From Macrostomum lignano (lineage: Eukaryota): a stretch of 55,557 nt of DNA. Location: contig NIVC01004202.1 of assembly GCA_002269645.1 (NCBI GenBank), forward strand, positions 1 to 55,557, in the 5' to 3' direction. A program made the translations under genes and the position numbers. The number at the start of each line of letters is the position of its first letter. The stretch's first letter is position 1. The notes below the pieces were generated by a model, which did no database searches, had not been told where the DNA came from, and saw only the letters and a list, made by a program, of their open reading frames with translations. This document shows, piece after piece, positions 1-15,199 of this stretch.

Positions 1-1868
1 ACTCACACAGGAGTGTACAGTGGCCCTAACTTCATTTATCATTAGGCATGTACACTTCAATATGCCTTATGGATTGGCCCTCAAGGCTGTTAATTGCATG
101 AGCAGACTTAGAGCCAAGCTGAGATTCTAATTTAGCCCCAAATCATATGTCAGTGGCCTAATCTAATTTAGGCACTGACATATGCTGTGCTTTAGTTTCA
201 ATGGCTACTATAGACTATATAGTAGCATTTAAGTTGAAATTTCTCTTTTTGTACTATATTTATTTGTATTATATCAGACTAAAATAGAAACATAAAAATT
301 AAGTCTAAAATTGAACAGACAATATAAAATTTCTTAGAAGAAAAAACTGTCTAGATAAAAAAACTAAAACCAAGGGAAAGCCAAATAATAAGCACTTTTC
401 AGCACTATAAGGGGCATCCAAAAGTCTTAGGACTTATTCATGTTTCTTTTTAATAGACAGCTAGAGTAACAGCAACTAATTTGTATCATAGTTGCTTTAT
501 TTACAAATGACATAAGTGAAAGAATTTTGAAAATATTACCAACTTTTTAGAAGTTATGCCTCCTTAACTATAGTAGGATAACTACATCTGCTATATGGAT
601 TTGGTTCAAAGCTTAAGGCCTTAATCAAAAAGGAGTTTGAAGCTTAGTAAAATATAGAACTTTAGATTTTAATTTAGCAACTATTAAAAACTTTTCTAGA
701 GACACATTAGATTATGATCTTTAGAAAACCTATGGCCATTTTAAATTTAAATGCCCAATGTTAAGCAATTAGCCTATTTATATAAACCTATGGTGTATCT
801 ATCAACAAGCAATTAATAAGCTTTAGCAATCTATCAATTTATTTTTTTATAACAATTAGACTAGTAAAACTTTTATTAATATAGAAATCAATACATTTTC
901 ATTAAAAATCTCTATTGGAAATAAGCTATAACTACACACATGCATAACCCTTGAATTTACACTGGCCATGCAACTTACTTTTTGATCAAAAATGCAACTT
1001 ACCTGTAAAAGAAACCTTAGCAAAAATTAATGTAATTTTAGGTAAATGGCTGGAGTAACTATGACTATATTGTTGAGGCCAAATGCCAGATTGGCTAGCT
1101 TAGCTAGGTGTTGCATATGTATATATAACTAGCTAAGGGAAACTATCTGCTAGCATATAGAAACTTATTACTAAATGCTTATACATTGCATAGTCATGCA
1201 ATTTAAATCAAGTCTGGTGCTATATGCTTCCACATTGTATTTTAATTATCTTGCCAATAGGATACATATAGCTATGTATATCTTGTAGCAAATTATTTTA
1301 CCAATAAATTGGCTTTGACATAATCATTAAAATTGGTTGTGGAGTCTCTTTTTACATGCATGCATATATTGAATGAATCTGGCTTAGATGCAATTACATT
1401 AAAAAGCCTATCTAAAATAGTTTTATGAATAGTTAATCACTTTAGCAATGAGTTGGAGCTTATTAAAAATATGTATACCAATTCAAGCATATTTGTCATT
1501 TTTTCAATGAAGGAATAATGTCATTCTTTTATAAAAAAAACCATTTTTAAAAAGATATTGAAAATGTAAAAAAGTTCTTGCATGGAAATAATCTAGATCT
1601 ATACAAATTTTGGCATAGTTGGTTTAGGTTATATATGCCACTTTGAATGTTATATTCTAATTTGTTTTAATTAAGGATTTTAATGTTCAAGTATTATATT
1701 ATTATTTTAGGCTTTTTTAATTTCAGATATATAAATTATTTGGAATTATCCATTTTGTAAGAATATAAAAAGTTGTATATAGATAAGTATAGTTTGAATA
1801 AAGTGGTTTTATCATAGTTTGGTCATATCATTATATGCTTTAAACTTTTTGCATTGGGTAGACAAGAA
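1..1868. other. CpG-void, TpA-rich decayed-repeat domain
   Basis: No CG dinucleotide found by eye before 1869; CG is frequent immediately after. Starts with a C>T/G>A-altered copy of the repeat seen at 26995-27090. Confidence 0.8.
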
Positions 1869-2505
1869 CGAAAATTGCTTCCGTAGCTCATGCACGCTAA
1901 TGTACGCCAACGAACTTTTTATCGCATACAAAAATATGCCAAAATAGAAATTACAAACTACAACTAATATTAAAAGCTTGCACAATTTTAATATTTGATC
2001 AACCTATGAGTTAAAACTGAAAATCTTTTTACTAAACTGTAGAGAACTAGTTCATTTTAACTAATTTCGTTTTACTTTTACTTTCTTGGAAAGGTTAAGC
2101 CCGGTTTTTTAAATTTAGTTTTCCATTTTTTTCGTAAAGGGCCAGCCATTCTTTCTGATCAAAATTTAGCTACTGTAACTATGTACATGGAAACTATGCC
2201 AAATGCAAACTTAATCATTTTTGTATGCTAATTATGTAGATTGATTGTTGGGACTCGGAACTCTATACGCCAAGCTGTACGCCAAGAGGGCACGCCAGGC
2301 GCCTTTGTACGCCAAGTTGTACGCCAATGTGTAATCTAGGTCCCTCTGTACGCCGGAATTTTCCGGCGTACATGTATACCATCCGGAGTCTGGCTTCTGC
2401 CATTTATCCAAAATTGTGTTAGGGTTTCTTTCAGAGGTAAGTTGCATTTTTGGTCAAAAAGTAAGTTGTATAGCCAGTGTAAATCAGGGGGGTTGCGCAT
2501 GTATG
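935..2505. mobile_element. Non-autonomous DNA element with about 86-bp diverged terminal inverted repeats
   Basis: 935-1020 is the reverse complement of 2419-2505 (core CAACTTACTTTTTGA-CAAAAATGCAACTTACCT---AAAGAAACC). TACGCCAA mini-repeats at 2265-2330 lie just inside the right arm. No TSD seen. Confidence 0.6.
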
Positions 2506-5500
2506 ATTAAAAATTATGATAAAAAGGCTTTGCAACTTTTTGCCACTAGGCCTATATGCATTTTTTTATTATCAGACCAATTTTCAAAATATAAATGTGT
2601 ATAACTTTTATTCTAGAGTCTAGGCATCTAGCAAATGAGATTTGTCACATTAGACACTTATAAAAAAGAAAATATATACTTGACTTTTAAAATCTTAGAG
2701 CTCTCTTCTACCAACTATACTAGGCCTAGGCTACTAATACTGAGTAATACATTATACTTAGGCCTTAATAATTAGCTAAAAATTTCAATTTATACTAGAC
2801 GAAATAATTTGTACATAGACAGACATACAGAGTTTTCATTTTTATAGGTATAGATATTTTACCAAGTTCTAAAAAATCTCATCAGCAGGTATAGGCCTAA
2901 TTACCCAGTTTTAGTTTGTAGGCCCTATTTTGATTTTTTATAAATGCTAGGCCTAACCCTTTTGATCTTATATCTACAGTTTTTAGTTAAGCCTACTATT
3001 AAGGCTAGGCCTAAGCCTTATTTAACTTGAGTACAAATTTATATCCTAACTTCAACAAAATATAAATAGCAATATATGCCACTAGCTTAGACATAATACT
3101 GGATAGGCCGATAATGTACACACTAGGCTAGGCCATAGGCCTAAGATAAGAAGGGTGATGGTGTGCTTGTATTGTGTCAAAAACTCAATGATCTAAGATT
3201 TAGGTAATTTTATTTTTTTAAATCTTGATTATTGTTAATTCGAAACGATCTACAGAATACTTCAAAGACTTACAATACACAATACTTAGCTCTTTGCTAA
3301 AAATAGTCTGGTTTCTGGACTCTGGTCTCGAGGACCTCAATCCCCGTTTTTTATTCAAATTCAATGTTTTTTGCAATTAAGAATAGTTATAGTGTGAAAA
3401 AACAAATAAGCATTTATTTTATGCCTTTTATTCGCAAACAATTTTAAGACTTGCGATGAAAATAAAGCTACTGTGTTTGATTTGTTAATCACATTACTTA
3501 AAAGTTTATAAATAAAGCAGGTACCCGGGAATTTTATTTGCACATATAAAATACTTGCGATTACGTCCGACGCCGGGCAAGCAGTTTTTAGGCTAGATAG
3601 AGACCAAGATCGACTTGGCAGAGAACAGACGATCGTGGAAACTCTTCGATCTCTTCTTCTTTATCGCTAGCCGTCATGGCCGTGGGCGCACCCATTCAGG
3701 CACAAGCTCCGGCCACCACTGCAGGCCCTCTCCTTCGCTGCTCTTCTTAACTTCTCAATTGTTAAAATTCTCCATTACATCTGTCCTATATGACCAATTT
3801 CTGCTTCTTTGACCCTCTTTGTCTTTCGATGCTACCATATTCTACGCTTTTATAATCTCGCTAATGGACTCCTAAACGGTAAGTCGTATAGAAAGATGGG
3901 ACTTGGTCTAGACACGAATTTTTCCGGGGAGTGCCTCAGGCTAATAAAAAATGGAGGTCCTAACTAAAGAAATAGCTAAAAATGGCCCAAAAACATGTTT
4001 TTTACTATCTCAGTAATGTATTTTTGCTCGCAGGGACTAAAAGCTATGTCTATGGCCGATTTCCCTCTGGCTGAGGCTAAGAAATCGCATCTTAATCGCC
4101 TTGTAAAACTCGACCTCCTCGGGTTATCGATGTCGAGGAGGAAAACAGGACGCTAAAAGAAACGACTTACAGAAAAACAGACTGACGTTGAAAAACTGCA
4201 AGAGGAATTCGACAACAGCCTTCTAAATTCAGTAGACCTGAGCGGCATCGACAGCAATTAACAAAGACTTGAGCAGTGGCAGTGGCGAAGGAGTGGCGAG
4301 TCAGCACACAGAAGAAGCGGATGCGTCGGAGAAGCTAAGTCAGGATTCGGAAAGTAATTAACATGACTGCATAACACCCACCGATCGATATATACTGCTT
4401 TTTGTATTTGTTATGTCATTCGATTAAATAATTATTATTAAACCTAGAAATTAACCCATTGATAGTTAAAATGCTCATTCAAACTCTATCAGTAATAGAG
4501 TTTGTTCCGTTTGATAGTGATAGAGCCTATACTTGAAAAAACGGTATTAAATAAACATTCATAGCGTGCAATGTAAAAAATCCTATTTATCGCAACTTAA
4601 ACTCCGTTGTCTGTATGTATTTACGTATGTAAAAGTGTGTATTTACGTATGTCCTGCTACTTGCAAATTCTAACACGAAATGCACATTCTACTTATCCCT
4701 AACAATAATTTACTGCACTGCAAATTGTTTACACCTTTACCCTGCATCCTATTCCATGCAATTCCAATTCCAAAAAGAGAGGAGAGAGAATTGAGGAATA
4801 GGAGAGAAGAGAGAGGAGAGAAGAAGGAAAAGAGTAGAAAGGAGAGAGGAGTGATAGAAAAGTGGAGATGGATAAGAAGAGTGAGGAGAGGAGAGAAGTT
4901 TTAAAGGCCTCAAATCTTAATTTGATACACATTTACTCCAATTTTTGTTTACCTCCATCCCCACTACTTACAAGTGTTTTTTTGAGTATGACTTTAGATT
5001 TAAAAATGCATGCAAGAACAGTTCCGGGGATTGGAATTCAGCGGGTTCAAAATCCGCGGGTTTCAACAGCTCATTCTTCTAATAAATTGCACTCATGTGA
5101 ACCCTGGCCATGTACGAGAGTACATGTACACGACTATAATGGTCTGAATTGTCTTTTTTTAATATCGTACATGTACTAATGCCTGAACCCTGAAAACTTT
5201 CAATGCTCAGAAATCAAAGTCCAAGTAGCTCACATCTGTTTTTTTTTTGAGTTTTTTTACCGAAGTTTCTTATCGAGCGACAGCCAAGGAAGCAAAAACC
5301 AATTTAATATTGAACTGTTTCGTAAACAAGGTTATAACGCGCAACACAAAAAGACTTGCTTGCCGAATGAAAATTGCATGGTTAAGATGTTTTAAAAGCA
5401 CAGAAATAGTTGGAAAATATCGCTTAACGACACCAACAGAAGACGAATGAATAGGAGAAAGATAACTAAATTAATTTTCGACTAGATCAGGCAAACTATA

Positions 5501-6661
5501 TAGACGACACTAAGCATGCGGCAATTTTCACAAACAAAATCATATCCATAAAATTGATTTGACTCGGAATAAAATATCGAATGTTAAACGTACACTGTAA
5601 AAAGGTCATCTACTCGTTCTGTAAAGCCAATTTAATAATGCCATCTAAATTTGCTCATAATCAATCTGAAAAGCTATAATTTTCATAACTCTGTAAAGAA
5701 AAACAAGAATTCGACAAAAGCAGAAAATTTAAAATAAGTAATTCATAAAAGACAGACTAAACAGAACGCGCAACAGTTGCTTCTGTTCTCTAAAATACTA
5801 AAACGGCTTCTGAATAGACAAATCGAGCCACAGTGAAAATACCCAAATACCTTTGAAATATAGATATAGAGAAATATAAAATTAGTGAGATATTTTAGAG
5901 AATAAAGATTCCAATTCGAGAAAGTGAGAAGGAATATTGTTCGGTCTCGCATGATAATGCATCAAACATTGCTTTAAAGTACAACTATGCGAACACACGT
6001 CATTAGTATATTGAATAGAATCCCAACCACCAAAAACTCAGCGAGTGAGATTAAACTGAAAGTACAACAGAAAAATACAGCATACACTGTATTAAAATTA
6101 ACGGCACAGAATGCAAACTTCAATCAAGGACAGGTGTACCACCTTGCTATAGTTCAATTGCTTTCACGACTGCAAGTAGTATATATTGGCACATTGACAT
6201 AGACAGATTTATTATCTCAAACGATGGAGGTTCGAGACGGCGGCAACTGCAGCATCAGACCCAGTAGCAACCACACAATATTTTCCGATTTCCCCGAAAA
6301 CATGTAAAAGCAAAATTAGACTACATGGATACTAAATACTCGAGATCAAGGTTCGGCAAACTCCGCCCCTCGGGTCTGTGAAGCTTTACAATAGCAATCG
6401 CGCACTGGCCGTGGTCTAGGCGTTGCTGCACTAGCAAGCCGTGAGCCATCTCCCCACTGACAACTGCCGTGATGCCAAAAATTGAGCTACTAATTTCAAA
6501 CTTTTGCAAGTATGTGGCCCCAAAAATCAATTTATACATATGCAAATACTTGCAAATAAAACATTGGAATCCCTTTTTCCCCAACACAGCTATGACGAAG
6601 TGCACATCTAAGGGCCATCTATGCTCTGTTCTAGTAGCCCGTGGCCTATGAATCGATAGTT

Positions 6662-7081
6662 TCAAGCACTTTTGGGGTCTTCAGTCTTGCGCTGGGAGGC
6701 AACAAATTCCGAATAATCAATGTAGCCGTCCCCGTTGGCGTCCTCGTCCTTCAGCACCTCGTTGATGGCCTGCTCCAGTGCGGTGTCCGACATAACCTGC
6801 TTACCTTCGTCGTGGTCCAGCATCGACTTCATCAGCTCCAATCCGTCCAGTTTGTTGTTGTTATCAAAGTCGTGCATTTTGAAATAATAATATTCCTGCT
6901 CAGCCTCGCTGAGCTCTTTGCCATCCTTCGGCTTGATGCTCAGGTGCTCCATATGGGAGAACATGTGCGCCGAGTCGTGCACGTGCATTGGGTCGCCGCC
7001 ACTCGCTACCGCTGTTGGCAAAGCGTAGCTTGCCAGCGTAAGCAGTATTAGCGTCCATGGCAACGAAGTTAAATGAGACAT
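6662..7081 (-). CDS. MCFD2: Multiple coagulation factor deficiency protein 2 homolog (secretory-pathway EF-hand protein)
   Basis: Signal peptide, His-rich N-terminus, [19 protein letters not shown] and [17 protein letters not shown]-hands; single coding exon of 139 aa. Confidence 0.93.
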   Translation of the reverse strand: MSHLTSLPWTLILLTLASYALPTAVASGGDPMHVHDSAHMFSHMEHLSIKPKDGKELSEAEQEYYYFKMHDFDNNNKLDGLELMKSMLDHDEGKQVMSDTALEQAINEVLKDEDANGDGYIDYSEFVASQRKTEDPKSA

Positions 7082-7122
7082 TGCTTTGTATTAGCATGCA
7101 TTGTTGCCAGTGAGAGTGAATT

Positions 7123-7202
<80 letters not shown>

Positions 7203-7230
7203 TCTATCTGTCTATATATCTATCTGTCTG

Positions 7231-7261
<31 letters not shown>

Positions 7262-7282
7262 GTCTATATATCTATCTGTCTG

Positions 7283-7321
<39 letters not shown>

Positions 7322-7350
7322 GTCTATATATCTATCTATCTATCTATCTA

Positions 7351-7397
<47 letters not shown>

Positions 7398-7413
7398 GTC
7401 TATCTATCTATCC

Positions 7414-7461
<48 letters not shown>

Positions 7462-7466
7462 GTCTG

Positions 7467-7557
<91 letters not shown>

Positions 7558-7564
7558 GTCTATA

Positions 7565-7625
<61 letters not shown>

Positions 7626-7658
7626 GTCTATCTATCTATCTGTCTGTCTATCTATCTG

Positions 7659-7721
<63 letters not shown>

Positions 7722-7726
7722 GTCTG

Positions 7727-7825
<99 letters not shown>

Positions 7826-7866
7826 GTCTATATATCTATCTATCTATCTATCTGTCTGACTGTCTG

Positions 7867-7925
<59 letters not shown>

Positions 7926-7957
7926 GTCTATCTATCTATCTATCTATCTATCTATCC

Positions 7958-7997
<40 letters not shown>

Positions 7998-8016
7998 GTC
8001 TATCTATCTATCTATC
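7123..8016. repeat. (TATC)n/(TGTC)n tetranucleotide microsatellite, about 890 bp
   Basis: Directly visible. Confidence 0.99.
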
Positions 8017-8448
8017 GTTTATGCAATAATTCATACTGTAAAGTTCAAGTGTAAAAACAGTACACTAAAAAACAAAAGAAACATTAAGACATTACTAATT
8101 TATTTTAAAAATCATTGCAGGTAAAATCTAATAGACCGGAAACGATTAATGTAGTTAAAATGCGCATTAGCATACTATAAATATAATTAATAGACCAGTT
8201 AAACAGAGGCCATTAAAACATACTAGCCACGTTTCAGAATCAAAGTTTCAATTTAATAAATCTGGTATTGAAAAGACGCAAGGGGATAAATCTCAACATT
8301 TAAACATAAATTTAATCTGTATATTGTACTAAATATGTATCGTAAAAGCATTTCAATTTCATTTAGAAAGAGCTGCATGCAGATTGAAAATAGGTTAAAA
8401 GTACATGTATTTAATTAGCTGATTGTGTTAGTCTTGATCAATAGCTAA

Positions 8449-9235
8449 GCAATGGTGACACTGTACATTCAGGCTATTCAGGCAATGGTGACACTGTACA
8501 TTCAGGCTATTCAGGCAATGGTGACACTGTACATTCAGGCTATTCAGGCAATGGTGACACTGTACATTCAGGCTATTCAGGCAATGGTGACACTGTACAT
8601 TCAGGCTATTCAAACAATGATGACACCATGCATTCAGGCTATTCAGGCAATGGTGACACTGTACATTCAGGCTATTCAGGCAACGGTGACACTGTACATT
8701 CAGGCTATTCAGGCAATGGTGACACTGTACATTCAGGCTATTCAGGCAATGGTGACACTGTACATTCAGGCTATTCAGGCAATGGTGACACTGTACATTC
8801 AGGCTATTCAGGCAATGGTGACACTGTACATTCAGGCTATTCTGGCAACGGTGACACTGTACATTCAGGCTATTCAGGCAATGGTGACACTGTACATTCA
8901 GGCTATTCAGGCAATGGTGACACTGTACATTCAGGCTATTCAGGCAATGGTGACACTGTACATTCAGGCTATTCAGGCAATGGTGATACTGTACATTCAG
9001 GCTATTCAGGCAATGGTGACACTGTACATTCAGGCTATTCAGGCAATGGTGACACTGTACATTCAGGCTATTCAGGCAATGGTGACACTGTACATTCAGG
9101 CTATTCAGGCAATGGTGACACTGTACATTCAGGCTATTCAGGCAATGGTGACACTGTACATTCAGGCTATTCAGGCAATGGTGACACTGTACATTCAGGC
9201 TATTCAGGCAATGGTGACACCATGAATTCAGGCTA
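8449..9235. repeat. 33-bp minisatellite, about 24 copies
   Basis: Unit GCAATGGTGACACTGTACATTCAGGCTATTCAG; 11-aa periodic ORFs in three frames. Confidence 0.98.
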
Positions 9236-9404
9236 GTTACCAACATGAACGGAAAGTATTGCATATTCCGACTTTAAATTGCATAGTAACTAACTAAAGC
9301 AACATTGATTATTGAGGCAAAATTAACAATTCATTTTTCTTTATTAAGTTGATAACCCGAGACTGCAGAGCTGCATAGTCAATAATTGGCAGTGAAAAAC
9401 CCTA

Positions 9405-11616
9405 TTATCCCAGAGTTTCAAACAGCAGTGCCCGGTAGGCATCCAGTGCGACTTTGGTCACAAACCTGGCTGACACGGTGGCCACTTTGCTGAGCCCGCG
9501 GTCCGCCTTGTCGAACCAATCAACCACCAGCTGACCTCTGGTGACGCCGCCGGCCAGTTCAATAGTGCAACGCTTCTCCAGTACGTCTGAGGCTACGCTG
9601 GGCAGCAGGCAGATGCTGGCCGCCAGCAGGTCGCAGCTGCGATAGGCCAACGGCTGGGCCAGGGTGAGCGCGAACGTCTGAAATCATAATAATCTGAATT
9701 CATAGGTGCCTACTCTTAGTAGATAGTACGTAGCTATCCTATACTGTGTGAAAGTGAGACCGGTACACATGCTGATTAGCCTAAATAACTTTAATACAGG
9801 AAGCACTGTCTGTTGTGACACACTAAAAGTGGGGATCGAACCTCGGCGCAGGCACGCAGGCAGACCAAGACCGGTTTCTGGATTGTTGGCCTTCGTCAGT
9901 CAGCCATGGCCACACGCCAACCACACCCAGTGTGCACAGACGGTTTCTTTTATATGCTGCCGTTTCTAATGGCGACATTTTCGGGCTAGGTGAGAGATTT
10001 TACGATTCAAGTCTTTATTCGTCTACTTTTCTCAGTAGTCTTAGTTGAAATCTCTCACCTTCAGGATGCTATAATCACAGTCATGATGCCAAACTCAGTC
10101 ATGCCAGAATCAAATTTATGATGCCAGAATCAAAGTTATGATGCCAGAATCAAAGTTATGATGCCAGAATCAAAGTTATGATGCCAGAATCAAATTTATG
10201 ATGCCAGAATCAAATTTATGATGCCAGAATCAAAGTTATGATGCCAGAATCAAAGTTATGATGCCAGAATCAAAGTTATGATGCCAGAATCAAAGTTATG
10301 ATGCCAGAATCAAAGTCAGGATGCCAGAATCAAAGTCTGGATGCCAGAATCAAAGTCTGGATGCCAGAATCAAATTCAGGATGCCAGAATCAAATTCAGG
10401 ATGCCAGAATCAAAGTCAGGATGCCAGAATCAAAGTCAGGATGCCAGAATCAAAGTCAGGATGCCAGAATCAAATTCAGGATGCCAGAATCAAAGTCAGG
10501 ATGCCAGAATCAAAGTCAGGATGCCAGAATCAAAGTCAGGATGCCAGAATCAAAGTTATGATGCCAGAATCAAAGTCAGGATGCCAGAATCAAAGTTATG
10601 ATGCCAGAATCAAAGTTATGATGCCAGAATCAAAGTCAGGATGCCAGAATCAAAGTTATGATGCCAGAATCAAAGTCAGGATGCCAGAATCAAAGTTATG
10701 ATGCCAGAATCAAAGTTATGATGCCAGAATCAAAGTCAGGATGTCAAAAACAAAGTCCTGATGCCAAAATCAAACTCAAGATGTCAAAAACCAAGGCTGA
10801 AACAGGTTAAAACAAAGAACAATCCTGAACACTGACCTGACCACGCTGCATCAGGCACTGGTGAGACACAATCAGCTCATGGAGACGACGCCACAAGGGC
10901 TTAGGCTCGTCAGCAGCGTTACCACCAGCGGCCCAGGTAATCGCCCAATCAAACGGCAGGCTGCTCTCCAAGCAGGCTTCGTAAGGGACGATCAGCCTGG
11001 GACAGGGCAGCATCTCGTGCAGCACAAGGCGCGCCGCCTCCGGATCGTGTACAAAGTTGAATTCGGCGCTAAGATGGCGCTCATTATTGCCCATAGACTG
11101 ATAGGCGCCGCCCATGACTACTAGGCTTCTCAACCAGGTGCCAAGGCGCGGCTCGAGGCGCAGCGCCAGCGCAATGTTGGTCAATGGAGCCAGGGCCAGC
11201 AGGGTGACCTCGCCTTTGTTCTGCGACACCAGCTCAATCAGGCCCAGGGCGGCGTGCATGGATTCCACTGGCACAGAGTTCACCGCGGCCTCCACTTCTG
11301 ACTTTGTTGAGTCGCTAGAGGTGAGCTTCTCCCAGGCGCCGGCAATGCCATCGCTGCCGTGATAATGCGTCGCTCGGATCTCTCCATCGCCGTCTGACAC
11401 CAGCGGCCGACTGCAGCCAGCAAACACGCGTGGCGCTGGCTGTCCGGGCCAGTTAGCAGCTGCCACCACTAGGCGGGTGTTGCGAACTACTAGGTCCAGA
11501 GGAACATTGCCGCCAATGCAGGTGACAGCCAGGACCTGGGCTTGGGGACTGCGGAGCGCCAGCAACAATGCCTGAGCATCGTCCATGCCTGTGTCTACAT
11601 CAATTATGAGCTTCAT
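9405..11616 (-). CDS. Inosine/uridine-preferring nucleoside hydrolase family protein; exons 11616-10837 and 9677-9405
   Basis: DVDTGMDDAQA Ca-binding motif, HGSDG, LAPLTNIA, AEFNFVHDPEAA. A phase-0 GTCAGT...TTTCAG intron joins QRGQ to TFALTLAQPLAYRSCDLLAA. Confidence 0.92.
10085..10795. repeat. 20-bp intronic minisatellite, about 32 regular copies plus decayed ends
   Basis: Unit ATGCCAGAATCAAAGT(TATG/CAGG), inside the nucleoside hydrolase intron. Confidence 0.98.
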
Positions 11617-11666
11617 GCTTGGCTGTAAGGTGGGATCAACTTTAACTTATGAAATATGCTTCTTTG

Positions 11667-11926
11667 GCAGCTCATGTCTTATGCGAGGCCAAGAAAGAAA
11701 AGTACCAATACAATTATTTTTAAAGGCATGAGAGCAATCAACTCCCAGTCTGTCTGGCTGGCTAAGTGCACCCCAAACCCCAAGCTAGGCTAGTGCAGCT
11801 CATGTCTTATGCGAGGCCAAGAAAGAAAAGTACCAATACAATTATTTTTAAAAGGCATGAGAGCAATCAACCCCCAGCCTGTCTGGCTGGCTAAGTGCAC
11901 CCCAAACCCCAAGCTAGGCTAGTGCA
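11667..11926. repeat. Tandem duplication of about 128 bp, two copies
   Basis: GCAGCTCATGTCTTATGCGAGG...GCTAGGCTAGTGCA starts at 11667 and 11795; copies differ by two C/T changes and one indel. Confidence 0.95.
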
Positions 11927-13019
11927 TTTGCATTGCTCAAATGAATGACTGGCAGGCTTATATTATTAAGAGCCTATTATAATAAAGAAAATATATTTCT
12001 TTTACCAAGAAATACAAAATAGTTTTCTTTTTTGCATAGGTTTAATAGGTTTATGGCTTATTATATTAAAATTATAGTTTGAACCTTTAGTAGAATAAAT
12101 AGGGGTCTTGATAAATAGTGTCTAATGCACTTTTGAAAAATTGAATATATGGCCCCATAAAAAGTGTGTATGCATTACACACAATGTATACTACACTCTA
12201 GATCATATAGTATGCCCAAAAATATAGGTATGCATTGGCCTTGCAAGCCAAAAGTTAGGCATGCATAATTGGCATGCATGACTCCTAAGAAAATAGTGTC
12301 TATATACCTAGTATGCACTTTATAAAACTATATGAAACCCTGCTGCATTGGAATAAATATTGAAAACTTATGGATGTGCACTTTAGAATAGAGTCAAATT
12401 ATTTTACTGCATTTTAGCATATTAGATGTTCTAAAAAAGCATTTTCTGTAACATATCAAATTGGCTAATTTTCTTAAATTAAAAATTAAATTTACCAAAA
12501 TCAAAATTTAGAAAAACAAAGTTTAGTATGACTAACATTCACTTTTTTTACTTTTTATTTACTATTTAAACAAAACAAAAAAATATACATTTATATGTAG
12601 CAGAAATTAGTTTTGCAGAAATTAGTTTATTTTTAGCCACTTTTTTCAACATTTCCAAAATTTTACCTTCAGAATTTTTTCAAAATTTTTAAAACAATAC
12701 GTAACATTATAAATGACACATGTATAGGCCCTTTCCACAGAGGCATCAGGCCCCCTTCTATATATATTTACAAGCTGTTGAAACCTGCAGATTTTGAACC
12801 CGGGGAACTCCATTCCCTAGAATTATTTTTGCATGTATTCTAAAATCTGAGGTCAAACTCAAACAAAAACTTGTTTATAGTTAGGACAGAGTTAAACATA
12901 AAATAGAGTACATTCGTTTAAAATTAGGATTTGAGGCAAACATTTATATTGTTGGCTGGGATGCAGCGCAGAATGTCAGGCAAACTCTGGCTACCATCTC
13001 TGCCTCTCCCTAAATCCCT

Positions 13020-14530
<1,511 letters not shown>

Positions 14531-15199
14531 TCATCTGGCCCGCAGCCATGAGCTTGATTCTTTATCTGGCCTTTGACATAAAAATCTGCCGATCCTTGCT
14601 TCGAAAGCCAGTTTGTGGGACATAGTACTATCATGGTTGTTATCATTTCTCACGCTTTAATAACGTCATCTTTCTGGCCAATTAGCAGCCCTGAGATGAA
14701 GTTGTGTAACTCCAGCTCTACCACAGTCTGCAGCAGTTTAACAACCAAGGAAATACGCATTTCTTAGGAGCCATTTAAATTTTAAAGTACCTTATGCTAA
14801 CATAATATTGAACTTTTCATGGTATGCGTAACTAATTTAGTAGGATTGCATTGTAATCAGTTATTAATTATTTTTTTGCTATTTTTACAAACCATCCATA
14901 TCGCCTTGATTTGCCAATTGCCATCAACTATTAAACTGCTGCAGACTATCTATACAGAGGACATTGGTTTGAATCTCTCGCTAAACTGTCTCTCCTCTCC
15001 ACACCCCTCCACTCGCAAGGTGCAGAGAAGGCTATTAAAGTGATTCCAAAACACTGTACATTCGCTATGTACATTGAGCCCTATTGCCTGACCCTTCGTC
15101 TGGGCTGGGGGAATGAGTGAGTGAGCGCCGCTGCGCCACAAACAACAGAAAAAGCAGACAAATTTCACATGCTTACAGTTTCTGTTCTGTTTGAGTTGA

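Noticed and set aside
7073-8029. Long ORFs (318 and 252 aa) of YLSI repeats
   Set aside because: Translation artefacts of the (TATC)n microsatellite.
8428-9264. CHHC-repeat 'metal-binding' or GYSGNG-repeat proteins; CRISPR-like array
   Set aside because: Head-to-tail identical 33-bp units open in several frames, with no unique spacers and no cas genes; eukaryotic context.
10298-10701. MPESKSGCQNQS repeat ORFs
   Set aside because: Intronic 20-bp minisatellite.
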